A DNA stretch of 64,000 bases from Azolla caroliniana (lineage: Eukaryota; Plantae; Polypodiophyta): NCBI GenBank assembly GCA_043228905.1, contig JBHGNT010000015.1, positions 13,764,001-13,828,000 on the forward strand. Direction: 5' to 3'. Within the stretch, counting starts at the first letter, position 1; each line of letters begins with the position of its first letter. The notes beneath the pieces were generated by a model that did not search any database, was not told the origin of the DNA, and saw nothing but the letters and a program-made list of their open reading frames with translations. Position numbers and translations under genes: made by a program. This document shows positions 1 through 10,475 of this stretch, piece after piece.

Positions 1-1310
1 GTATAATTATTTTATTTAAGGTAATATCATTAATGAATGTATCTTCTTTATGAAGTTCTCTCAGCTTGTCTTAGCAAATTTTCTTGACATTCGAACATGT
101 ATCCTTGAATGTTTTTGTGTCTTGCATATACATGAGCATGTGATTGTGCATGCAGTTTGCAAGAAAATAATTTATTCAACTTGGCCTTTATTACCATCAT
201 GTGTAGTTTGCCTACGTCAGATCAAGCATTGTCTCAAGTTTCCTTCGATGAACCCCATTATCTTTAACCAACAAGGTATTAATGCATCTTATATTTGCAA
301 TTGTAAAGTTTCTCTGAGAGAAGTTCTTATTCAAATTCCCATTTAGATTATTGGTGTCAATATCTTGTTCTTATTTTATTCCTTACTTCTCCACACAAGT
401 GGTCGAATCCGCTACAAGGAAAATTGATGGTTGTCTTGAAGGTGTCACGATAAGTGCATTAAGATATCACAAAAGGGGGGGAACCTTTCCTCAGGTTTCT
501 ACTGACAAAATGATAATAATCATTCACTAAATGATACCATAATAAGAATCATTGATAGATTCAACTGGGTTTTGACTTCAGGTGGAAGTCTAAAAGAAGT
601 CAAGAATGCACTTTGTAGATGAGATGATGGATTGCCAATGGAAAACAACAAAGTTATTGTGGTTCACATACTTCATGTTCTATGCCTTTCTATTTTCACA
701 TGTCGTGGAACAAAGTGTGTTATCATGGCTACAAGTCATCATGGTGGCATTGTTATATCATCATCTTTTTATGTACATAGGAATCTATTCTCAAGATCCA
801 TCATCACCTTTTCAAAGAAGCCATCATGGTGGGCCTAATACTATTGGCGCACATGAGTCATATAGATGCTTTAAGGTCTTATCACTGCACATGCGCGTGG
901 GGTATGAACAATATCACTTATGTCAAACACCCATGGGTTGAGAAGCTGTTTTGAGCACATTCCATCACTAGTCTAATGGGGTTGATTGTCGTAATGCTAT
1001 TGTAGACAATAGAAAACACCCTTAAACATTGGCATTTTCACCATTTTGACTGAAGACTAAGATTGCGTAACATTCGGTAATTAAAAAACAAAATCAAGAT
1101 ACATGATTCAAACATCGTACCTTGATATTTAGCACATTATTCCTTTTGGTAGGGTAAAAGGTCTAGCTTTGTCATGTGGTTCTTACAACAAACTATAATA
1201 TGAGATTGTCCCCAAAAATATCGATTAGAGTGGGCATGTGCCATACATGGATCCCACTTGAAAATACATGGATTACTCTTACCATAGATACCCAATCTTG
1301 GGTTAAATGG

Positions 1311-1763
1311 TGTTGAGAATCAAGCTCAACATAGTGCAACATGTGAACACAACTTTTGAGAATCTATGATCAATCAAAGGTCAAGAGTCACACCACTACT
1401 CTCTACACATTAACTATGTGTCATAGAATCATATTTTATGACACATAACTAATGAGTTTTATATTCCCCATGACTAATGGGTCTCCACATTTCCCAAGAG
1501 AGTGGTTGTTGTAGTTTGTTAATGAAGAGAGAGTGTGACTATATAAAGCACCCTCCTCCTACGTCATACTAAGTCAGTTATGACTCCTTGTAATACTACA
1601 TTTTGTATTTGCTTCTACTTGTGAATATACACCTTCTTTTTTAGTATTTAATTTTTCGCATCTATCTATCTTGTGTTTTCTCTTCTCTCATATATTTCCT
1701 CTGCACACATACACATAACACACATATCTTCCGCTGCACAAGAATCATATCCAATTCTTTACA
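1311..1763 (+). mobile_element. Solo LTR (Copia family, related to the LTR at 54526-54924)
   Basis: Starts TGTTGAGAATCAAGCTCAAC and ends ATTCTTTACA. Flanked by 5-bp direct repeats AATGG (1306-1310, 1764-1768). Has a TATATAAAG box. Same termini as the Copia 5' LTR at 54526. Confidence 0.9.
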
Positions 1764-3554
1764 AATGGATATCGTTTCTGTGACCTTTTTCAATGTAATC
1801 ATCACAACGTAGATCAACAAAACCCCTAAAGTACTTATTGCTCTTTCTCAACTTTAACCCCTACTCGTGCTAATTGGGAAAGTGACAAGCACCATGCTAT
1901 TGGTTTGTGAGAGATATAAACAACAAACAAGAAGAATTCAGTACTTGTCCACTATGTTATAGTTTGGTAAGGAAATTCTCATATACAGACCCACCATTTG
2001 TTTAACCATTTTTCAAAATCTATACATTTTGAACTGTTCATAACTCCATCACCCTCTTAGAAATGATCAAAAAGGGCTTATAGGGGTAGGCTTCATTTTT
2101 GTTAGTTACAAACTCACTCTCATTTTATATTAGCCTAATCAATAGATTCCTTGGCTTTGAATCATGCAACTTCATTTATCAATCAAGCAAGAAGGTAGAT
2201 CATGTAGAAGAAACGCTTCATGGTGCTTTTGCGTCATGTGCATTTCAAAGCCTACATGAGGTGATATACAATGACAGCAAGCAAGCAAGCATGAAGGTTG
2301 ATATCACCGCTCTTTGGCTTGTGTTTGCAAAAGTACAATATGACCAGTATACATTGTCATGATGTGGTATTTGGGATACGAGAAAAGCATGAAAAAGACG
2401 AGTTTTATAAGGCTTGAGATTCTTGTCAAAAGGCCACTAGAGGAAACATGAAAACCATTGATGAAGAAAGGGTCAAGGGTTTCAAATGAATTGACAAGAA
2501 TTAAAAGGGGAAAAGGAGCTAATAATACACAAATGACGACAAAGGGAGTGCTTGGTAATGTGAATGGTCGACATACCTTTTCCGAAAATCATGCGCCCAT
2601 GCAAGGATAAGGACAAGTGCATGCTTGAAAGAAAAAAATAGTTGTGTGTGCTAAAAATAGACAATTCCATTTTTATTTGGTGTTGTAGTTTCATCCTTGG
2701 GCTAGAGATGAGCGAGCAATGGTATGCCGCATAGAGAAAGAACACATGAAAGAAAAGTTGTTTTGGTAATCGACATGTACATTTGCAAACCACCCATAAA
2801 ACAAATCCTAACTTGTGGTTAGGGAATATCTAATAGGCTTTTCAATTGAATGAAAAACTACTAAAATCTATAAATTCGAGGAAGACGACTCATTGTCAAC
2901 TTCACAAGTTTTGGGGGAATTCATGAACACCTTGGCTTCAATAACAATTAGAAGAACTCAGGGTTCACAAAACCATAAGGTTGGCACACACAAGCCTCTC
3001 GTAGTCACGATGGTGCACATGTTCAATCGCAATGGTCGTGAGTAAGATTCTTGAGACGTTCAAAGAGGGAGGGATCAATGGTGAGACCGCATCACATCAT
3101 GGACGAGGGAGTGTTTCTGGTGCTCTTGCCCTGTCCCAACTGGGACGCAGTCCTAATCTAAATTGGGACTCACAAAAAGGGCTAATCCTAGTTCCAAAAG
3201 GGGTGCCATCTTGGGCTGGGATAGCCAGTCCCAAGGGACTACCCAATGACTAGTCCCAACTGTTAGCCCTCCCAATGGCTAGCCCTATGGTCATATCTTG
3301 GCCAAGCTTTGAGTTCTACCCTCTCCACTTGTAACATTTGAAGCTCTCTAGTCCCTCATCATTTTTTAGGGATGTTGTCCCAACGGATCTTGGATGAGTC
3401 TCGATGTGTCCCAAACCTCGTTTTTGGCTTGCCCCAACTTGGGATTGTTGTAAGCTTGTATCTCTTCGTATAATATAAATCATCCTTTTTGTCCCAACCA
3501 TGTTTTCGTGCATTTCGAGACCCCCATAATCTAGGGGCATAACAAACAATGTTA

Positions 3555-4270
3555 TGTTGGGAAACAGGTCCCTCCGGATGGGAAGGGAGAAGAACAGTGC
3601 CGACGAACAAACTCGGCCGAGGCCGAAACGGTATGAACCGGATGGGGAGTACCCGATTGCGGAGAGCCGGATGGTGTAGACCCGGTATGAACCGGATGGG
3701 GAGTACCCGACTGCGGAGAGCCGGATGGTGTAGGCCCGGTATGAACCAGATGGGGAGTACCCGACTACGGAGAGCCGGATGGTGCAGGCCCGGTATGAAC
3801 CGGAGGAAGAGACATATTCGTAAATATGTTTCTGAGAGCCCATCGAGGCTACATTTGTAAATAGCCGAAAAGTCATATTAGTATAAATATGACTTAGGGC
3901 AAACTTTTAGTGGTGTCGTTTTTGTTGTTGTTATTCTTCCTTGTTGGTGCAAGAAGAAGATAGAGCGCGGAACTGTACAGAGAGAGAGAGAGAGAGACGA
4001 GGTCGTTGCCTCTGTTGTAACCGCCGCCTGTGGCGAAGATCTGAGAGCATGAGGTCGTTGCCTCAGTGAACTCATTGTTGTATATTCCTACATAGTGACA
4101 GTTTGCAGCCTGTGGGCTGCCGTGGTTTTTTCCCCTATTTTGGGGTTTTCCACGTAAACCTCCTGTGTACCATTTCTCCCCATTGTGTCGCGTTACCTGT
4201 TTTTTCTGTGTATGAAAAGAATCTCGGCTGTGGCCGATCGTCAGACATAAGGAACTACGAGTTCTCGACA
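3555..4270 (+). repeat. Copia 5' LTR (716 bp; three copies of a 54-bp unit, TATA box, AG microsatellite)
   Basis: Near-identical to 18332-19004. GTATAAATA near 3881. 54-bp unit GGTATGAACCGGATGGGGAGTACCCGACTGCGGAGAGCCGGATGGTGTAGGCCC occurs three times at about 3630-3791. Confidence 0.95.
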
Positions 4271-4272
4271 AG

Positions 4273-4284
4273 TGGTATCAGAGC
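4273..4284 (+). other. Primer-binding site, tRNA-iMet
   Basis: TGGTATCAGAGC 2 nt after the LTR end, the canonical complement of the initiator tRNA-Met 3' end. Confidence 0.93.
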
Positions 4285-4300
4285 GAAATCGACACAGAAA

Positions 4301-6674
4301 ATGGACGAATCGTTTGGCGGCATATTCAAGCTCACCGGCTCCAACTATTCAGTGTGGAAGTCGAAGATGAGGGACATGCTCGTGGTTAAAGACCTCTGGC
4401 TGCCGGTTCAGTTCGGGGACAAGAGACCGGACAAAATCGACGCCGCGATATGGGAGGTGATGCACATGAAGACAACGGCGTACATACGATGCTTCATCGA
4501 CATGAGCCTGTACAACAACTTCAATGAAGAGAGCAAGGCTCATGAGCTCTGGGAGAAGATCGGCATAATGTTCCAGAACAAAAATGCTGTCAATCAGGTG
4601 TCGGTATTCCGGAAGCTAGTAAGACTCCGGTACCAAGATGGCTCCAGCATGGCGGAGCATATGAATGCCTTCCAGGGGCTGATCCACCAGGCAACGTCAT
4701 TGGAAGTACCTCTTGCCGATGAGGTCCTAGCGCTACTCCTGCTCGGTTCCCTCCCGGATAGCTGGGAGACGTTGGTTGTCACTTTGGGCAACGCCGGGCC
4801 GGAAGGAAAACGGTTATCCCTAGCAAGAGTAAAGTCGAGCTTGCTAGATGAGGAGGCTCGTCGGAAAAACAAAGATACGAGCTCCGACTCCAAAGCGCTC
4901 CTTACCGAATCGGAACGCGGAAGACATAGAAACCGTAGTCCCCAGAACCGGGAGAAGTCGGGGACACGGTCAAAGTCAAGGGGGAGGCCTACTTGTTTCT
5001 ATTGCGGCAAGCCGGGACACTTCCAAAAGAACTGTCGGCATTTCCGTAAAGACAAGGAAACCGACGGTACCGATTCGAAGCAAACCCCGAACCGGAACGG
5101 TACAGACCGGAATGGTAAAGACCAGAGGGGGCCGGACTGGAAGGGAACGACGGCAATTGCAGCAAGTGAAGAGGAGTTGATGCTCATCACCGAGGAGAGT
5201 GAGATAAACCATGCCGGCGAAGAGATGACCTGGGTGGTAGACTCCGGAGCGTCGTTCCACCTTACCCCGGACCGGAAATGCTTCTCATTCTACTCAGCCG
5301 GTGATCACGGCTGTGTCCGGATGGGGAATGAAGGAACATGCTGAATTGTCGGCATAGGAGACGTGTGGCTGACAACACCAACCGGATGCAAGTTGTTGTT
5401 GAAGGATGTCCGACACGTTCCGGAAGTTCGTCTGAACCTGATATCAGCCGGTCGGCTAGATGATGAAGGCTACACGGGTAGCATCCGGAACGGTGTCATG
5501 AAGTTCAGCAAAGGGAGCCTGATTGTGGCTCGGGCTCGGAAGGTAAACACATTGTACCTGATGAATGCCTGGTTATGTCCGGAAGAAGTGAACGTGGCTT
5601 CCGACACTGCCGGTGAGCTGTGGCACAAGAGGCTATGTCACATGAGTGAGAAGGGGATGAAGAGGCTTGGAGACGACAACCTCATTCCAGTGAAGAACGT
5701 GCACTTAGAGAAGTGCACTGATTGTCTGGCTGGTAAGCAGAACCGGACCTCCTTCCGACCAAGGCCACCGATGAGACGTAATGCACCACTAGAGTTGGTG
5801 CATACGGATGTTTGTCAAGTAGAGACGAAGTCACATGCCGGAGCGCAGTACTTCGTGACGTTCATAGATGACCACAGCCGGAAGCTGTGGGCCACACCGC
5901 TGAAGACGAAGGATCAGGTGTTATCAGTCTTCAAAGAGCTCCACGCGAGAGTGGAAAGAGAAACTGGTCGGAAGCTGAAGGCGGTTCGAGCAGATAACGG
6001 AGGTGAGTACCGGGGGCAGTTCGAGGAGTACTGCCGCTCGAAGGGAATCCGGCTCGAATTTACCGTGCCGAAGACGCCGGAACTAAACGGACTGGCCGAG
6101 AGGATGAACCGGACCATAATGGAGAGGGTTCGGAGTATGCTAGCGCATGCAAAACTACCCAAGAAGTTTTGGGCTGAGGCACTGTCGACGGCGACATATG
6201 TGATAAACAGATCGCCCTCAGTACCCTTGGACGGAGACACGCCACAGAGAGTATGGACCGGTAAGGAAGTGTCCTACCAGCATCTGAGGGTGTTCGGGTG
6301 TCTCGCGTACGTGCATGTAGCAAAGGACCCGAGAGGAAAGTTAGATCCAAAGACCCGGCCATGCATATTCCTCGGTTACGGTGACGATGAGTTCGGCTAC
6401 CGAGTGTGGGACCCGGTCGACAAGAAGGTATTCCGGAGTCGAGATATTATCTTCATGGAGGACAAGACGCTCGTCGACTGGGAGTCGGAGAAGAAGGTAA
6501 TGAACTCCGAGTCGACCGGTAAGGATAGACTCTACAATGAGCAGACCCAACCGGCAAGAGACCGGTCAGCACTCGAGGAACCAGCCGGTTACGGTGAGGA
6601 TACCGAACCAGCAGAAGAAGAAGTAGAGGAAGCTGAGACCGGAACCGGTCAAGACCCCGAATCGGATTCGGATG
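4301..6674 (+). pseudogene. Copia polyprotein, 5' part: Gag (CCHC knuckle), protease, GAG-pre-integrase, integrase
   Basis: ATG at 4301 (MDESFGG). Motifs CFYCGKPGHFQKNC, WVVDSGAS, LWHKRLCHMS, LVHTDV...FIDDHSR...ADNGGEY...NGLAERMNRT. One in-frame TGA at 5342-5344. Cut at 6674 by the Gypsy insertion. Confidence 0.95.
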
Positions 6675-7064
6675 TGTTGTCTGTCTGGCCGGACTAGCCT
6701 CAACACAGGTGTCTATCCGACACTTCTCCAAAGGGGTGGTAAGGATTGGATGCTAGGTTACACGCGTAAGATGATTACAATTAAGCACAGACGGTAAACA
6801 ATACCAGATACAGATAAGCACGCAATAATTACTATTGTATTACTTCCGTCAAAACACTTTACAAATCATCGGATCCTTTTATAGGCATCCGGCAAGGTTA
6901 CAATCGGTGCGCTTAGGCAACCGACATCCGAATCGGTCCGGATTCGGATCGGTACAACTGTACCGGATCCGTCCCTCCGAATAATAATTCTACTATTATT
7001 TACTTCCTATTATCTGATCCGATTCCGCCTTCCCACTTGTCCTTGCTCTTCTGACCGGCCAACA
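6675..7064 (-). repeat. Gypsy 3' LTR
   Basis: TGTTG...CAACA termini. Matches 16239-16628 except GCGTAAG versus GCATAAG. Confidence 0.95.
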
Positions 7065-7114
7065 CATGGCATGCCCATGGGAAAGTGCCTTGCACTTCGA
7101 ATCCACTCCCGGCC

Positions 7115-10011
7115 TCAGTCTTCCTCCAAAATATCGAGCACACTCTGCTTGATGGTGTCAAGTGGTGCTTCTTCCTCCTGTTCCTGTTCCTTGTCTGCCT
7201 GGTCTCCGACCTCTGGTTGGGTGGGCTGTTCCGTAAAAATTTGCTGCTCCGGCTCTGCTTGATTCTGTGATGCCGGTGCTTCCTCACCTCTTCGTCCGGG
7301 TTCTTCCTGTTCTCCCTCCGTTCCTGGCTCTGTTCTGTTACCAATGTCGCTTTCTCCGGTCTCGACTGGTCGACTCGATATGCCTCCTTCCTCTGCTCTG
7401 GTGTCTTCCGGTCTCAGCTCTTCTTCTTCTCCGGCATCGGTCCGCTCCTGCTCTTCTTCAAGTTCGTCTTCGGGTATTCCTCGTCGGGGTTGTTCGGTGT
7501 CGGTTGGTTCATCTTCAGCCGGTCGCGTTCCCTCACCAATAGTGGTTGGCGTCGTTCTTCCCTTAGCTTCCTGTCGTAACCGGTCCTGCTCGTATCTCTC
7601 CAACTCCAACTGAGTTGCGAGCTGCCCGTCATCCAACCTCTCTACCAACCCTCGGATTTCTTTGAGATGTTCTTCCGCTAAAGTGTAGAAATCTTCCGAC
7701 AATTCTTCCCGAATGGCGACGATACTTTCCTCATCCATCTTGTAGAACTTGTCACCGGTCTTCCTCCGATTCTCGGCATCCGCTCGGAGTGTCTGCAGCT
7801 CGGCTGCCTGTTGTGACCACTCCTTCCATAGCTTTTCCGTACTTTCATTGATGCTTGCCTGAGCTCGGGTACTCCATCCTGACATGATGAGCTTGATCCG
7901 GTCAACCCCTGCCTTAGCATGCGCATAAGCTTCCTGCTTTTCCTTCCTTGCCCGTTTTATAATGTCGGCCATTATCTGAGCCTGGGCCTCGTAATCTGCT
8001 TTCTGCTTTTCATAGGTACTCTGCAGTTTGCTGATCGTGAAGGTCGATTTTTCCTTTTCTTCATTCCTGATCTTGGTCAGGTCCAGCTTTTCCCGCCTTA
8101 GCGCCTCTAATTCCTTCCTTCTCTCCGTTGCTTGGGCTATTTCCGTCGACAATGCTTCCTTGTTGGCACTGACCTCATCCATCGCCTTAGCCAGGTCTAA
8201 TCGGGTCTCTTTGAGCTGCTCTTTGAGCTTCTCTATTTGCCGGTCGTAGTCTGTTGCTCGTTTTTTGTTGTCCGACTCGGCCTGCTTGTGATCTCGGTAG
8301 AGACGGTCGAAGTCCTCCGTCTTCTGCTTCAGGCGTCGGGTTGCCTGAGCTCTTAACCGATCGTCTCGGTCCTTCTGTTGTCGGAGTTCTTCCTGCAGTC
8401 GTTCTATCTCTTGCTCGGCATGTCGACGTAGTCGGTCCTTCTCCTTTTGCAGCTTCTCTTTTTCTTCTTGTAGTCGGTCATTAGCGGCTCGACCTTTCCG
8501 GAGGCCTTCTTCCATTTTTCGTCTGTCGTCCTCCACCGCTTTCCGCTGCTCCCTTTCTCTTTCCCTTAATGCCTCCTGAGCTTGTAACTCCTCTCGTAAG
8601 GTTTCTATTATTTTTTCGGTCTCAAGGCCGGTTTGCAAGGCTACCGGTTCCGGTTCTGGTTGCTTCCTTGTTGTCCCGACCGGCTCGGTGACAGCTTGTG
8701 CTTGTTGAATTCCTTCCCTTGCCTGCAACAGCTCCCCTTGCATTTCCTCGATCTGTGTTCGGAGCGCGACCAACTCCTGAGTTGTTGTATGCGTCAGCTG
8801 TTGCCTACACGTTTCTTCTTTCTCTAACTGGTCCGCTACTCCCGATAACTGCTCCGAAAGCCATCTCAGCCATTGTGGCTTTGTTCTTCCGGTGTCGGGG
8901 TGGCCTTGCTCACTTAAGCCAGGCTGATTTTCCGGCCTCTTCTCTGGCTCCGGCTCCGGCGCTTGGTCCTTCTTCTTCTCTGGGATGACCGGTTCTCTGA
9001 AATCCGGCCCAACCGGTGTCGGTGCTGCTTCCCTGGGTACGGGTTCCGGTGTTGTTCCGCCTCGGCTACTAGAGATGGTCCTTGCGCCCTCTGCTGAGTT
9101 CTGTCCACTGGTGGAGCCGGTCCTTTCGCCCGTTTCTCCCGACCTTGTCTTGCTGGGAGTCTTACCAGTGGTTCGGATGAGTCTTCTGTTTCAGTTTCCT
9201 CCTCCGGTGCGGTTACCAGACGGACCTTTTGTGTAAAGACCTCAGGTTCCGGTTCCGGCCGTCGCAGCGTTATATGGATTGGTTTTCGCACTACTGGTTC
9301 CTCCTCGGCCGCTTTCCCTTTGCCTTTACCTGCCGGTTTTGCCTTTGTTGCCGGTTCCTGTTGTTGTCGGGATGGTCCTTCCCCCTGTTGTTCTGCTTCT
9401 TGCTGGGTCCATCCGGGGGTGTGTTTCTCCAAGATCTGTCGGCGCTTTGTGACCTTTTTCGGCGGCGTCTCCTGCCGACCTCTTTTCTTTTGTGTGATGG
9501 GGAGCACCGGTGGGACTAACACCGTTAGCCATTGTGCTATCCCGGCCCATGGCTTTTTTCCTTCCACAAGATTTTTGATGGCCTCCTTCAATCCTTCGGT
9601 TATGAAATGGAGCCAGTCTATTTGTAAGCCCTCGTACGCTGCTATTAAGAACGTTGCCCGGTACTTGGCTATGGCTGGGGGACGGGGATTCACGAATCCG
9701 TATTCCATCATAGCGCGGGCCACTTCTCCGAACAGCAGGTTCTCTCCGCCCTGCGTTCGGTACGCCTTGCTGCTGATAGAGTATTCCCCGAAATATTCAA
9801 ACAGGATTTCACTGGAAGGGTTTTCGATTGTTTGAAGTCCTCCTGCTTTGATCCCCGTGAGCGCCTGCACCGCTCCTTCCGTGACTTCTGATATATCGAT
9901 CGATGCTGCCGCCTACTCTGGTTCTGCGTGTGGTGGAGCGTTGGCGATCCGCAACAATCCTTTTAACCCGTTCTCCCTCATCCATTGGCGTGCCTCTTCC
10001 GACAGTACCAT
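7115..10011 (-). pseudogene. Gypsy accessory (extra) ORF, about 965 aa reconstructed: PMD/transposase_32-like N-terminal domain, P/E/K-rich linker, long coiled coil, acidic tail
   Basis: ORFs 9913-10275 and 8914-9870 share a frame, separated by a TAG at 9913-9915. A 1-nt shift near 9055 joins them to the frame of 7115-8773, which is stop-free from 9190. N-terminal motif GLQIDWLHFITEGLKEAI...WAGIAQWLTVL. The domain assignment is by recall, not by search. Confidence 0.7.
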
Positions 10012-10475
10012 TGTTTCGAATTCTTCGTCTGCTGCCTGTTGTTCGGGATCGCGTTGTGTGTGCTCTGTGCGTCGGGTCGCTCTTCTGTGCTTCTGCGCAT
10101 GTATGTAGGAAAATTCGTAAAAAGTGAGCCCTTCGCAGGCCTGTGTCTTATATAGTGGGTTGTGCCTCGAGCCGCCCTTTTTCGTTTCCCGCGCATGTTC
10201 CTCCCCCGCCATAATTAGTATGTCCTTTCTTGTTTGCCGCGTGTGAGTGCCCACGTTCCATGCTTTAAATAGCAAGTCCGCGCACGTCCTTCTTTAATGC
10301 ATGGCGCCTCTTCGTTGCATGGTGGCACTCCCACCTCTTGTGATCTCCCCATCATTACGATGATTCGCGTTGATTTTGCCCACGTCATTTTTTATTTTTT
10401 ATTTTTTATTTTTTATTTTTTTATTTTTTTATTTATTATTATTATTATTATTATTTTTCCTTTGCCTGGACCACG

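Noticed and set aside
1-3550. Short ORFs and GGGAC/GTCCC-rich segment left of the Copia
   Set aside because: It looks like old CAG/CTG-depleted TE debris. I could not assign a family, termini or protein domain.
3316-3876. 186-aa and 103-aa repetitive ORFs in the Copia LTR
   Set aside because: They arise from the 54-bp tandem repeat, a multiple of 3; there is no evidence of coding function.
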